A stretch of 64,000 bases of DNA from Alphaproteobacteria bacterium (GTDB taxonomy: Bacteria; Pseudomonadota; Alphaproteobacteria; UBA828): the NCBI GenBank assembly GCA_965221125.1, contig CBDCRW010000001.1, forward strand, positions 38,230 to 102,229. Reading direction: 5' to 3'. Below are positions 17,940-28,479 of this stretch, piece by piece; the first letter of the stretch is position 1; each line of letters begins with the position of its first letter. The position numbers and the translations under genes were made by a program. Under the pieces are notes generated by a model. The model saw only the letters and a list, made by a program, of their open reading frames with translations. It was not told the DNA's origin and ran no database searches.

Positions 17940-19700
17940 CTATGCCTCGCTCTCACCCGCTGGCGCCGTCACGCGGATCGTCACGATGTCGGCGCCGTGG
18001 TACTGCTGATGGCGGACGGAGGACGCGAGCCGGCGCAACAGCCGCAGCGAGACCTCCTGCTCGGCCGAGACCTCGCCGGGCTGGTCGCCGAGCAGCGACA
18101 GGCGATCCTGGATATTGCCCTCGCGCGAGGCGACGACGAACTCGAGAACGGCGCCATCGCCCTCTCGGTAGGCCACCAGGCGCAGGCGGCGCTCCTCCTT
18201 CTCCTCTTTCGCGTCCTCCTGCTGCAAGAGCGTCAGCAGCGCCTCTTCGCAGACGGCGTCGAGGCGGGCGGTCATCGCCTCGTCCCAGCCGCTGCGGGTG
18301 GCGAAGGCGGCGAGAAAGTCCCTGATCTCGGGCAGGATCGAGTGATCGAAGGGCGCCTCGATGCGGCTGCGGCGGGGCCTCGTCAGCTCCACGAAGGCGG
18401 TCATCAGGATGGCCGTGAGACCGCCGGCCGTGACCCCGTTGCGCAGGAGGCCGCCCGCGAATTCCGCGACGTGCTCGGGAAACACCAGGTCGTTCTGGAA
18501 GCCGACGCCGATCCAGAACGAGACGCCGACGATCAGCCCCTTGCGGTAGTCGATGCCGTCCTGGATGGCGATCCTCATGCCGATCACGAAGAGCGTCGCC
18601 AGCAGCACGCCGAGATAGGCGGCGATCACCGGCCCCGGTATCGCCAGCACCAGCGCCAGCAGCTTGGGCAGGAACGCCACCGCGAAGAAGACCGCCCCGC
18701 AGGCGACGCCGACGCTGCGGGCGCCCACGCCGGTGAGCTCGGTCACCGATGCGCCCACGGTGGTGGCGGTGTTCGGCGTCGTGCCCACGAGGCCGGAGAG
18801 CACGTTGCCGAGCGTATCCACGGTGACCGCCCCCTGGACCGCGCGAAAATCCACCGCCCGCGGCCTGCGCCACGAGACCCGCTGGATCGCGACGGCGCCG
18901 CTGATGGAGCGGATCGTGGCGATCACCGCCACCAGGAGGAAGGCCGGAAGCAGCGCCCAGAACGACGGCCCGAAGTCGACATCGAAGCCCGCCCACTCGC
19001 CCGCCGGCACGCCGACCCAGGGTGCGTCCACCACGCGGCCCGCGTCGTAGAGGCCGAATGCGGCGGCGACGCCCGTGCCGGCGACGACGCCGATGACCGG
19101 CGCCCAGAGGCGGAGCGCGCCCGACGCCTTGAGCGCGATGGCAGCAAGCACGAGCACCACCGCTAACGCGCTCAACGGCGCCGCCAAAGCGGGGGTCCCC
19201 TCCGGCACCGCAGCCAGGAGCTTGAAGACGGCCGGCATCACAGTGACCGGAATCAGCATGATCACGGTGCCCGAGACCGTCGGCGTCAGGATCCGCTGGA
19301 AGAGCGCGAGACGAACGGAAATCAGGAACGGAACGAGGGAGGAGATGATGACCAGCGTGGCCAGCAAGGCCGGGCCGCCGGCCGCGACCGCATTGATGCA
19401 GACCGCGATGAAGGCCCCGGAGGCGCCCATGATGAGCACGTGGCCAGAGCCGATCCGCCCGGTGCGGAGCGATTGCAGCGCCGTGGTCAGGCCGCAGATC
19501 GCAACCGTGCCGAACACCGCCCACGAGAGGTAGTCCTCGCTCGCGCCGGCGGCACGCATCACGATGGTGGGCACCAGGATGATGCCGGCGATGGTGAGCA
19601 CGGCGATCTGAACGCCGAGCCCGAAGGCGAGCGCGGCCGGCGGCCTCTCGTCCGGCTGGTAGCGGAGGCCGGTGCGGCCCCCGGACCCGTTCGCGCTCAT
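17940..19700 (-). CDS. NCS2 (xanthine/uracil) permease with a C-terminal degenerate RsbW-like HATPase domain
   Basis: LRYQPDERPP, TPTVSGTVIMLI and LTGVGARSVG motifs in a multi-TM region, then a soluble tail of about 145 aa. Confidence 0.8.
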   Translation of the reverse strand: MSANGSGGRTGLRYQPDERPPAALAFGLGVQIAVLTIAGIILVPTIVMRAAGASEDYLSWAVFGTVAICGLTTALQSLRTGRIGSGHVLIMGASGAFIAVCINAVAAGGPALLATLVIISSLVPFLISVRLALFQRILTPTVSGTVIMLIPVTVMPAVFKLLAAVPEGTPALAAPLSALAVVLVLAAIALKASGALRLWAPVIGVVAGTGVAAAFGLYDAGRVVDAPWVGVPAGEWAGFDVDFGPSFWALLPAFLLVAVIATIRSISGAVAIQRVSWRRPRAVDFRAVQGAVTVDTLGNVLSGLVGTTPNTATTVGASVTELTGVGARSVGVACGAVFFAVAFLPKLLALVLAIPGPVIAAYLGVLLATLFVIGMRIAIQDGIDYRKGLIVGVSFWIGVGFQNDLVFPEHVAEFAGGLLRNGVTAGGLTAILMTAFVELTRPRRSRIEAPFDHSILPEIRDFLAAFATRSGWDEAMTARLDAVCEEALLTLLQQEDAKEEKEERRLRLVAYREGDGAVLEFVVASREGNIQDRLSLLGDQPGEVSAEQEVSLRLLRRLASSVRHQQYHGADIVTIRVTAPAGESEA

Positions 19701-20005
19701 GCTGAAGCTCGCCGACCTCGCTGGTCTCTGCCGTCCGCACGCATCATTGGGGCTTCGATGGCCGCTGTCGACCCGTTCCTCTCCAACCTCGATACCGGAC
19801 ATCGGCGGTGGTAGCCGCAGCGCCGGCGGCATCCCCAGGGAATTCCTCGCCTCGGGGGGACTCGTTGGCCTTGACGCCGGTGGCTAGCCGAGTGGTCCGC
19901 GAATCCCCCGAAGCCGACTCCCACGATCGCGAAATAGCGCGTATTGATAGATCGACTTCAACACCAACACTGGCCGCTCGAGCGGCCGCCAACGGGAGAT
20001 GGACC

Positions 20006-20536
20006 ATGAGCGACGAGTTGCGCACCCTGATCGCCGAAACGCAGGAGGCCTTCCGCACCGACCCGGCGGAGGCGCAAGCAACCTTCGAATCCGTGTCGTC
20101 CCTGGGCGAGGGCTTCCGCTCCGAGGTGGCGCTCCGCGACCACCGTCTGGTGGTGGACGAGCCGGAGAGCCTGGGCGGCACTGACACGGGGCCGAACCCG
20201 GTGGAGCTGATCCTGGCCGCGCTCGGCACCTGCCAGGAGATCACGTACCGCGCCTATGCCGCCGCCCTCGGCATCCCGCTGGAGCATGTCTCGGTGACGC
20301 TGGAGGGCGACATCGACCTGCGGGGCTTCTTCGCCGTCGACGAGTCCGTCAGGCCGGGCTACCAGGGCCTGCGCGGCACGGTGCGCGTCGTCTCGTCGGC
20401 GGACGAGGAGACGCTGGCAACGCTCCAGCAGGCGGTCAACGCGCACTGCCCGGTGCTCGACATCGTCTCCAACCCGGTGCCGGTCGAGCTCACCCTGGAG
20501 AAGGCGGAGAGCGCCAGCGCCGAAGCAGCGGAATAG
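20006..20536 (+). CDS. OsmC family protein
   Basis: DEPESLGGTDTGPNPVELILAALGTC and HCPV motifs. Confidence 0.93.
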   Translation: MSDELRTLIAETQEAFRTDPAEAQATFESVSSLGEGFRSEVALRDHRLVVDEPESLGGTDTGPNPVELILAALGTCQEITYRAYAAALGIPLEHVSVTLEGDIDLRGFFAVDESVRPGYQGLRGTVRVVSSADEETLATLQQAVNAHCPVLDIVSNPVPVELTLEKAESASAEAAE

Positions 20537-20618
20537 GGTGCGGGGACAGACATTGCGCCATGCCTCGGCTAAGCTGGGCGCAGTCAGGACACGCATCTAG
20601 ACTCAAGGGAGACTCTCC

Positions 20619-21602
20619 ATGAAACGACTGATCGTCGCCGCGCTCGCGGCGGCAGGCATCGCCGTGGGCGGCATGGCCCAGGCGGAGGACTTCACGCCGG
20701 CCGTCGTCTTCGACATGGGCGGCAAGTTCGACAAATCGTTCAACGAGGCCGCGTTCAACGGCGCCGAGAAGTTCAAGGCGGACACCGGCGTGCAGTACCG
20801 CGAGTTCGAGGTCACCAACCCGTCGATGCGCGAGCAGGCGCTCCGCAACATGGCGCGGCGCGGCGCGCAGGTGGTGGTGGCCATGGGCTTCGCCCAGGCG
20901 GCGGCGGTCGAGACCGTGGCGCAGGAGTTCCCCGAGACCAAGTTCACGCTCATCGACATGGTGGTGGACCTGCCCAACGTGCAGTCCGTGATCTTCAAGG
21001 AGCACGAGGGCTCCTTCCTCGTCGGCATGGCGGCCGCGATGGCGTCGCAGACCGGCAAGGTGGGCTTCGTCGGCGGCATGGACATCCCGCTCATCCGCAA
21101 GTTCGCGCTGGGCTACGTCGAGGGCGCGAAGCACGTCAATCCCGACATCGAGATCTTCCAGAACATGACCGGGACGACGCCGGCCGCCTGGAACGACCCG
21201 ACCAAGGGCGGCGAGCTCGCGCGCAGCCAGTTCGACCGGGGCGCGGACGTGGTCTACGCCGCCGCCGGCGGCACCGGCATCGGCGTCTACCAGGCCGCGA
21301 AGGACGCCGGCAAGCTCGCCATCGGCGTGGACAGCAACCAGAACTACATCCACCCCGGCACGATGCTGACCTCGATGATCAAGCGCGTGGACGTGGCGGT
21401 CTACGAATCCTTCAAGGCCGCCCAGGACGGCACCTGGCAGGGCGGCATCCAGGTGCTTGGCCTCGCCGAGGACGGCGTCGGCTGGGCGGTCGACGAGCAC
21501 AACCGCAGCCTCGTCTCGGACGAGATGGAGGCCGCGGTCGAGCAGGCGCGCGAGGACATCATCGCCGGCACCATCCAGGTGACCGACTACATGGCGCAGT
21601 AG
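20619..21602 (+). CDS. BMP family ABC substrate-binding protein (nucleoside type)
   Basis: GGKFDKSFNE, FKEHEGSFLVG and AIGVDSNQ motifs. Confidence 0.95.
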   Translation: MKRLIVAALAAAGIAVGGMAQAEDFTPAVVFDMGGKFDKSFNEAAFNGAEKFKADTGVQYREFEVTNPSMREQALRNMARRGAQVVVAMGFAQAAAVETVAQEFPETKFTLIDMVVDLPNVQSVIFKEHEGSFLVGMAAAMASQTGKVGFVGGMDIPLIRKFALGYVEGAKHVNPDIEIFQNMTGTTPAAWNDPTKGGELARSQFDRGADVVYAAAGGTGIGVYQAAKDAGKLAIGVDSNQNYIHPGTMLTSMIKRVDVAVYESFKAAQDGTWQGGIQVLGLAEDGVGWAVDEHNRSLVSDEMEAAVEQAREDIIAGTIQVTDYMAQ

Positions 21603-21645
21603 CGCGCGGGCGCCGGCCCAGGCCGGCCAGCGAGGCGCAAGCCCC

Positions 21646-23247
21646 GTGACGGGGGAGGAACACCGGGGGGCTGCGGCAGAGCGCGGCCCCTCGGGCGGGC
21701 CCAGTGTGCCCGCGCTCGAGGTCGCCGGCATCCAGAAGTGGTTCGGCTCGGTGCACGCGAACGACGACGTGTCGGTCGCGGTGGCGCCGGGCACGATCCA
21801 CGGCATCATCGGCGAGAACGGCGCCGGCAAGTCGACGCTGATGAGCATCGTCTACGGCTACTACCAGGCCGACGGCGGCGAGATCAGGGTGGGCGGCGAG
21901 GCGGTCACCATCAAGGGGCCCGAGGACGCCATCGGCCACGGCATCGGCATGGTCCACCAGCACTTCATGCTCGTGGACACCTTCACCGTGCTGGAGAACG
22001 TGGTGCTCGGCGTCGAGAAGGGCTACCTGCTGCGCTCCACGCTCGCCGAGGCCAGGCGGGAGCTGGAGCGGCTGGAGCGCGAGTACGGGCTCGACGTCGA
22101 CCCCGACGCCATCGTGGGCTCGCTGCCCGTCGGCCTGCAGCAACGCGTCGAGATCCTGAAGGCGCTCTACCGCGGCGCCGACATCCTGATCCTGGACGAG
22201 CCGACGGGCGTGCTCACGCCGCAGGAGGTCGACGACCTCTTCCGTATCCTCCGCGCGCTCCGCGACCAGGGCCGCACCATCGTCCTCATCACCCACAAGC
22301 TGCGCGAGATCATGGCGCTCACCGACCGGGTCACCGTGATGCGCGCGGGCCGCGTGGTCGATCACGTGGCGACGGCGGAAACCGACCGCGCCCAGCTCGC
22401 CGCGATGATGGTGGGGCGCAGCGTGCTGCTGCGCGTGGACAAGGACGAGGCCGCGCCGGGGGACGCCCTGCTGCAGGTGGAGAACCTCGCGGTGCGGGAT
22501 CGCGGCGGCGTGCTGCGCGTGCACGACGTGAGCTTCGCCGTCCACGCCGGTGAGATCGTGGGCATCGCCGGCGTGGCAGGCAACGGCCAGTCGGAACTGC
22601 TGGAGGCGCTGGCCGGCACGCTTGGCCGCGAGCGCGGCAGCATCGCCATCGGCGGGGCGCCTGCGCCCGCCGGCGGCCGCGCCGAAGCCGCACGCGCCAT
22701 GCGCCGGCGCGGGCTCGGCCACGTGCCGGAGGACCGCCAGCGCATGGGGCTGGTAACCGCCTTCGACGCCTCCGAGAGCGGCATCCTCGGCTACCACCGC
22801 GAGCAGCGCTACAACCCGCGCATGCTCATGAGCCGGGGCGCGGTCACGGACGCCGTGGGGAGCACGATGGAGGACTTCGACGTGCGCCCGCCGCTGCCCC
22901 ACCTGCGCACGGCGAATTTCTCCGGCGGCAACCAGCAGAAGATCGTGGTCGGCCGCGAGATGGGCCGCAGCCCCGACGTGCTGCTGGTGGGCCAGCCCAC
23001 GCGCGGCGTCGATATCGGCGCCATCGAGTTCATCCACCGCAAGCTCGTGGCCATGCGCGATGCGGGCAAGGCGATCCTGCTGGTCTCGGTCGAGCTCGAC
23101 GAGATCATGTCGCTCTCGGACCGCATCCTGGTGATGTTCGACGGCGCCATCGTGGGCGAGGTGGCGCAGGCGGACGCGGACGAGCGCACGCTCGGCCTGA
23201 TGATGGCCGGCGAGAGCGCGGACGGCGCGGAGGCCGCCGGGGCGTGA
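21646..23247 (+). CDS. Nucleoside/sugar ABC ATP-binding protein with two domains
   Basis: GENGAGKS, MVHQHF, FSGGNQQK and QPTRGVD motifs. Confidence 0.95.
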   Translation: MTGEEHRGAAAERGPSGGPSVPALEVAGIQKWFGSVHANDDVSVAVAPGTIHGIIGENGAGKSTLMSIVYGYYQADGGEIRVGGEAVTIKGPEDAIGHGIGMVHQHFMLVDTFTVLENVVLGVEKGYLLRSTLAEARRELERLEREYGLDVDPDAIVGSLPVGLQQRVEILKALYRGADILILDEPTGVLTPQEVDDLFRILRALRDQGRTIVLITHKLREIMALTDRVTVMRAGRVVDHVATAETDRAQLAAMMVGRSVLLRVDKDEAAPGDALLQVENLAVRDRGGVLRVHDVSFAVHAGEIVGIAGVAGNGQSELLEALAGTLGRERGSIAIGGAPAPAGGRAEAARAMRRRGLGHVPEDRQRMGLVTAFDASESGILGYHREQRYNPRMLMSRGAVTDAVGSTMEDFDVRPPLPHLRTANFSGGNQQKIVVGREMGRSPDVLLVGQPTRGVDIGAIEFIHRKLVAMRDAGKAILLVSVELDEIMSLSDRILVMFDGAIVGEVAQADADERTLGLMMAGESADGAEAAGA

Positions 23248-24359
23248 AGGGCTTCGGCGGGCCGACGCAAGCGCCCGGCTGGGTCACCCACGGGCTGGTC
23301 CCGCTCATCAACCTCGGGCTCGCGCTGCTCATCGCCGGCATCATCATCGCGCTCATCGGCGAGAACCCGTTCGAGGCGCTCAGGCTGCTCGTCCTCGGCG
23401 CGGTGGGGTATCCGGAGGCGATCGGTTACACGCTCTACTACACCACCAACTTCGTCTTCACCGGGCTCGCCGTCGCCATCGCCTTCCACTGCGGCCTTTT
23501 CAACATCGGCGGCGAGGGCCAGGCCTATCTCGGCGGCCTCGGCGCGGGCCTGATCGGGCTCTACCTCGGCCACTGGCCGGCGTTCGTGGCGATCCCGCTC
23601 GCCATCGCCTGCGCCATGGCCTTCGGCGCCTTCTGGGCCTTCATCCCCGGCTGGCTGCAGGCGAAGCGCGGCAGCCACATCGTCATCACGACGATCATGT
23701 TCAACTTCCTGGCCGCCGCGCTGATGACCTATCTGCTGGTCGAGATCTTCATCAAGCCGGGCCAGCAGGCGGCGGAGAGCCGCACCTTCGAGACTGGCGT
23801 GTGGCTGCCCTTCGTCCACGACGTCTTCGCGGCCTTCGGCGCCAACATCGGCCGCTCCTCGCTCAACCTGAGCATCGTGGTCGCCGCCGCCTGCCTCGTG
23901 GCGTTCTGGTTCTTCGTCTGGCGCACGCGCTGGGGCTACGAGATCCGCGCCGTCGGCCACAACGAATCGGCGGCGGTCTACGGCGGCATTTCGCCGGCGC
24001 GCTCGATCATGCTGGCGATGGCGATCTCCGGCGGCCTCGCCGGCCTCGTCGGCGTCAACGAGATCATCGGCGTCCACCACCGGCTGCTGCTCGAGTTCAC
24101 GGCGGGCTACGGCTTCGTCGGCATCGCGGTGGCGCTGATGGGCCGCAACCACCCGGTGGGCATCGTGCTGGCTGCGCTGCTCTTCGGCGTGCTCTACCAG
24201 GGCGGCTCGGAACTGGCCTTCGACATGCCCAACGTGACGCGCGACATGGTGGTCGTCCTGCAAGGGCTGGTGATCCTCTTCTCCGGCGCGCTGGAGCACA
24301 TGTTCCGCGGGCGGATCGAGCGCCTGTTCGCGCGCCGCGCGCGGGCGGTGGCGGCGTAA
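23244..24359 (+). CDS. Nucleoside ABC permease
   Basis: GLFNIGGEGQ and GYGFVGIAVALMGRNHP motifs. Confidence 0.95.
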   Translation: MKGFGGPTQAPGWVTHGLVPLINLGLALLIAGIIIALIGENPFEALRLLVLGAVGYPEAIGYTLYYTTNFVFTGLAVAIAFHCGLFNIGGEGQAYLGGLGAGLIGLYLGHWPAFVAIPLAIACAMAFGAFWAFIPGWLQAKRGSHIVITTIMFNFLAAALMTYLLVEIFIKPGQQAAESRTFETGVWLPFVHDVFAAFGANIGRSSLNLSIVVAAACLVAFWFFVWRTRWGYEIRAVGHNESAAVYGGISPARSIMLAMAISGGLAGLVGVNEIIGVHHRLLLEFTAGYGFVGIAVALMGRNHPVGIVLAALLFGVLYQGGSELAFDMPNVTRDMVVVLQGLVILFSGALEHMFRGRIERLFARRARAVAA

Positions 24360-24376
24360 GGGGGGGCGGGGCCGCC

Positions 24377-25348
24377 ATGGAAGCCGTGACCTGGTTCGTG
24401 CTCGTGATCGACGCGACGCTCCGCGTCTCCACGCCGCTGATCCTCGCCGCCTTCGCCGGCATGTTCGCCGAGCGCTCCGGCGTGGTCGACATCGGGCTCG
24501 AAGGCAAGATGCTGGGCGCGGCCTTCGCCGCCGCCGCGGCCGCCTACGTCAGCGGCTCGGCCTGGGTCGGCCTGCTCGCAGGCATCGGCACCTCCGTGGC
24601 GCTCGCCATGGTGCACGCCTTCGCCTGCGTCACCCACCGGGGCGACCAGGTGGTCTCCGGCATGGCGCTCAACATCCTGGTGGCGGGGCTCGGCCCCGTG
24701 CTTTCGCTCGCCTGGTTCGGCCAAGGCGGGCACTCGCCGCTGGTGGGCGATACGGCGCGCTTCCGCCCGATCCACTTCCCCTTCGCCGACCGGCTGAGCG
24801 ACGTGCCCTTCCTCGCCCAGATCTATTCGGAAATCGTGAGCGGCCACAACCTGATCGTCTACCTCGCGCTCGGCATGGTGCCGCTGGCCGCGTGGTTCAT
24901 CTACAAGACCCGCTTCGGGCTGAGGCTCCGCGCCGTCGGCGAGGCGCCGGCGGCGGTGGACACGGCCGGCATCTCGGTCGCCGGCATGCGCTATCGGGCG
25001 ATGATCGTCTGCGGCATTCTGTGCGGCGTCGCCGGCACCTCGATCTCCATCGCCCAGAACGCGCTCTTCGTGCGCGACATGACGGCGGGCATGGGCTACC
25101 TCGCGCTGGCCGCGCTCATCTTCGGCAAGTGGCGCCCGGTGCCGACGCTCTTCGCCTGCTTCCTCTTCGCCTTCGCCGACGCGGTGCAGGCGCGGCTGCA
25201 GGGCGTGGACATCCCCGGCGTCGGCGTGATTCCGGTGCAGGCGATCCAGGCGCTGCCCTACCTGCTCACGGTGCTGCTGCTCGCGGGCTTCGTCGGCAAG
25301 GCGGTGCCGCCCAAGGCAAGCGGCGTGCCCTACGTGAAGGAGCGGTAA
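24377..25348 (+). CDS. Nucleoside ABC permease
   Basis: ERSGVVDIGLEG and GYLALAALIFGKWRP motifs. Confidence 0.95.
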   Translation: MEAVTWFVLVIDATLRVSTPLILAAFAGMFAERSGVVDIGLEGKMLGAAFAAAAAAYVSGSAWVGLLAGIGTSVALAMVHAFACVTHRGDQVVSGMALNILVAGLGPVLSLAWFGQGGHSPLVGDTARFRPIHFPFADRLSDVPFLAQIYSEIVSGHNLIVYLALGMVPLAAWFIYKTRFGLRLRAVGEAPAAVDTAGISVAGMRYRAMIVCGILCGVAGTSISIAQNALFVRDMTAGMGYLALAALIFGKWRPVPTLFACFLFAFADAVQARLQGVDIPGVGVIPVQAIQALPYLLTVLLLAGFVGKAVPPKASGVPYVKER

Positions 25349-25401
25349 CCCGCATTCCTCACCAAGATTACGCAGACCGTAACCCTGGTGAGAAATGCGG
25401 G
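25349..25401. repeat. 53-bp palindromic mini-element; possible MITE or bidirectional terminator
   Basis: CCCGCATTCCTCACCA...TGGTGAGAAATGCGGG (15/16 inverted match) between convergent genes. Confidence 0.7.
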
Positions 25402-25409
25402 CCAGACCG

Positions 25410-26033
25410 TCAACCGAAGTCGGGCATCGTCGCGACGGCGCTCTCGCGTTGGTCGATGGCGGCGTGCCAGCGGGCGATGTTGGCGCGGGGCGCGAGCAGG
25501 TCCGCGCCCTCCGGCGTCATCTGCAGGTAGTGCAGCACGGGCAGCACCATGTAGTCGGCAATGGACGCGTCGTCGCCGGCGAAGTGCGCCTGGCCCTCCA
25601 GCGCGCCGTCGAGCGCATTGAGCGCCTTGTCGGACTTGGGCACGCTGCTCGCGACCAGCGCCTCGTCGGGCTCGCCGCCCTGCGCGGGCACGATCAGGCG
25701 CTGCAGCACGATGTCGATCGCCGGCCGGTAGAGGTACTGGATGAAGACCGACGTCCACTGCCAGCAGCGGGCGTTGGCGAGCGGATCGGCCGGCTGCAGG
25801 GGCGGGCCGTCGAACGCATGGTCGATGTAGTTGCAGATCGCCACCGATTCGTACATGCGCACGTCGCCGTGGGTCATGGCCGGCACCGAGCCCCAGGGCT
25901 GCATCGCCTTCTGCTCGTCCGACTGCGGCGCCAGCGGGTCGAGCTCGTAGGGCACGCCCTTCTCCCTGCACGCCATGCGGCAGGTGCGGACATAGGTGCT
26001 GAGCGGTATGCCGTGGATAATCAGCGTCGCCAT
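25410..26033 (-). CDS. Glutathione S-transferase family protein
   Basis: STYVR, PWGSVPAM, YESVAICNYID and SIADY motifs. Confidence 0.92.
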   Translation of the reverse strand: MATLIIHGIPLSTYVRTCRMACREKGVPYELDPLAPQSDEQKAMQPWGSVPAMTHGDVRMYESVAICNYIDHAFDGPPLQPADPLANARCWQWTSVFIQYLYRPAIDIVLQRLIVPAQGGEPDEALVASSVPKSDKALNALDGALEGQAHFAGDDASIADYMVLPVLHYLQMTPEGADLLAPRANIARWHAAIDQRESAVATMPDFG

Positions 26034-26215
26034 CGTTCTCTCCCCTGGACTGGCGCCGGCAGGCCCCGCCTGCCTCGATCGAGCGCTTATCTTGCACATC
26101 CTGGCCCCGGCTGCACCGGGAACGCATGGGGATCGCGAAGCGGGGGAGCGTTGTTCGCCCACCGGGCGCTGACTATGCTCACGGCGGGAGTGAGGCGGAG
26201 CTCGGGGGGCGCGGC

Positions 26216-28468
26216 ATGCTGACGATCACCGGCTATTCCGACCGGATCAGCGTCCGGCCGGGCGAGACCGTCAAGTTCATGGTCAACTGCGAGCATCCGA
26301 CCTACCAGGCGGACATCGTGCGCCTGATCTGCGCCGACGCGACGCCGGCCGGGCCGGGGTTCAAGGAGAAGCTGGTCCGCTCGTCCGTGAGCAAGCGGCG
26401 CAAGGGGCGCCCGCAGGCGATCCACGCGGGCTCCTACGCGCTGGTGGAGAGCCGGCCGCTGCTGGAGACGCTTGGCAGCTTCACCGTCCAAGCGATGATC
26501 TGGCCGACCACGCCGGCCAAGGGTGCGCAGGGCATCGTGACCAAGTGGGATCGGCGCGGCCCGAAGGGTTTTGCGCTGATGATCGACGACGCGGGCTCGG
26601 TCGCGCTCCGCCTCGGCATGGCGGACGGGACGGTGGAGACGGTCTCGGTCGGCAAGCCGCTGCTGGAGCGCCACTGGTATCTCGCGGCCGCGAGCTACGA
26701 CGCCGGGACGGGCCGCGTCACTGTCCACCAGGAGCCGCTGCTGCCGTATGCGCGGGTGAACGACGGCGGCACGGCGAAGCGCACGCTGGGGCCGGCCGCC
26801 GCCAACAGCGCTGCGCCCATCGTCATGGCCGGCGTCTTCAGGCGGCGGCAGAAGGGGCGGACGCTGGTGGACGGCCTCTACAACGGCAAGATCGATTCGC
26901 CCCGGCTGGTGGGCCGCGCGCTCGACCGGCTGGAGATCGAGCGCATGAGGAACGAGGCCATGCCGGCCTCCATCGCGCCGGACGTCCTCTGCGCCTGGGA
27001 TTTCTCGCGCGACATCACGTCGATCAGGATCTCCGATCGCTCCCCGCACCACGTCGACGGCGAGATCGTCAACCTGCCGGCGCGCGGCATGACCGGCTGG
27101 AATTACTCGGGCGAGGAGATGTGCTGGCGCCACGCCCGGCACGAGTACGGCGCCATCCACTTCCACGACGACGACCTCTACGACGCGGGCTGGGAGGTCG
27201 ACTTCGAATGGCAGGTCCCGGCGCGGGTGGCGAGCGGGGTCTACGCCGCGCGGCTGCGGGCCAGGGGCGCCGAGGAATACGTGCCCTTCGTGGTGCTGCC
27301 GGCGCCCGGCAAGGCGGCGCGCATCGCCTTCCTGCTGCCGACGGTCGAGTACATGGCCTACGCCAACGAGCACATGGCCTTCGACGGAGCGCTCGGCGAG
27401 CTGCTCACCGGCCAGCTGCCGACGCTCAATCCCAACCAGCTCTTCCTCAACGAGCACCGCGAGTACGGCGCCTCGCTCTACGACACCCATTCGGACGGCA
27501 GCGGCATCTGCTACTCGTCGCGGCTGCGCCCCATCCTCAACATGCGGCCGAAGGTTGAGACGCCCTGGGCCTGCGTCGGCGAGGACGCGACCAACGCGCG
27601 CGAGTTCATCCTCGACATGTACGTGGAGGACTGGCTCACGCACTACGGCTTCGAGCATGACGTCATCACCGACGAGGACGTGCACCGCGAGGGCATCGAC
27701 CTGCTCAAGCTTTACAACGTGCTGATCACCGGCGGCCACCCGGAGTACTACTCCAAGGCCATGCGCGATGCCGTCCACGGCTTCACGCAGCAGGGCGGCC
27801 GGCTGATGTACCTCGGCGGCAACGGCTTCTACTGGCGCGTCGCCATGCACGAGGAGCTGCCGGGCGTGATCGAGGTGCGCCGCTGCGAGGCCGCGATCCG
27901 CACCTGGGAGGCGGACCCCGGCGAGTACTATCACAGCTTCACCGGCGAATACGGCGGCATCTGGCGCCACCAGGGGGACTTCGCGCCGCAGCGGCTCACC
28001 GGCGTCGGCTTCGTCGCCGAAGGGTTCGACAAGTCGTCGTACTACCGGCGCATGCCCGGCAGCTTCGACCCCCGCGCGCGCTTCATCTTCGAGGGCATCG
28101 GCGAGGACGAGCTGATCGGCGACTTCGGCTATCACGGCGATGGCGCGGCCGGCAACGAGCTGGACGGCACGGACCCGCGGCTCGGCACGCCCCCGCACGC
28201 GCTCCTCCTCGCGCGCTCGGAGAACCACACCGACCTCTACATCGTGGTGAACGAGGAGGTGCTGGTGAACCACTCCGGCCTCGGCGGCACCGAGCACGAG
28301 AAGGTCAAGGCCGACATGGTGTTCTACGAGACGCCGAACGGCGGCGCGGTCTTCTCGGTGGGCTCGATCTGCTATCCCGCGAGCCTGCCGTGGAACGGCT
28401 ACGACAACAACATCGCGAAGCTCACGACCAACGTGCTCCGCCGCTTCGCCGACCCCGAACCGTTCTGA
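26216..28468 (+). CDS. N,N-dimethylformamidase large-subunit family protein
   Basis: GAIHFHDDDLYD, YMAYANEH, SLYDTHSDGSG, HPEYYS and YLGGNGFYW motifs. Confidence 0.88.
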   Translation: MLTITGYSDRISVRPGETVKFMVNCEHPTYQADIVRLICADATPAGPGFKEKLVRSSVSKRRKGRPQAIHAGSYALVESRPLLETLGSFTVQAMIWPTTPAKGAQGIVTKWDRRGPKGFALMIDDAGSVALRLGMADGTVETVSVGKPLLERHWYLAAASYDAGTGRVTVHQEPLLPYARVNDGGTAKRTLGPAAANSAAPIVMAGVFRRRQKGRTLVDGLYNGKIDSPRLVGRALDRLEIERMRNEAMPASIAPDVLCAWDFSRDITSIRISDRSPHHVDGEIVNLPARGMTGWNYSGEEMCWRHARHEYGAIHFHDDDLYDAGWEVDFEWQVPARVASGVYAARLRARGAEEYVPFVVLPAPGKAARIAFLLPTVEYMAYANEHMAFDGALGELLTGQLPTLNPNQLFLNEHREYGASLYDTHSDGSGICYSSRLRPILNMRPKVETPWACVGEDATNAREFILDMYVEDWLTHYGFEHDVITDEDVHREGIDLLKLYNVLITGGHPEYYSKAMRDAVHGFTQQGGRLMYLGGNGFYWRVAMHEELPGVIEVRRCEAAIRTWEADPGEYYHSFTGEYGGIWRHQGDFAPQRLTGVGFVAEGFDKSSYYRRMPGSFDPRARFIFEGIGEDELIGDFGYHGDGAAGNELDGTDPRLGTPPHALLLARSENHTDLYIVVNEEVLVNHSGLGGTEHEKVKADMVFYETPNGGAVFSVGSICYPASLPWNGYDNNIAKLTTNVLRRFADPEPF

Positions 28469-28479
28469 GGACCGCCATC

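Noticed and set aside
19701-20005. Riboswitch upstream of the nucleobase permease
   Set aside because: No recognisable purine or other riboswitch consensus by eye; an Rfam scan would be needed.
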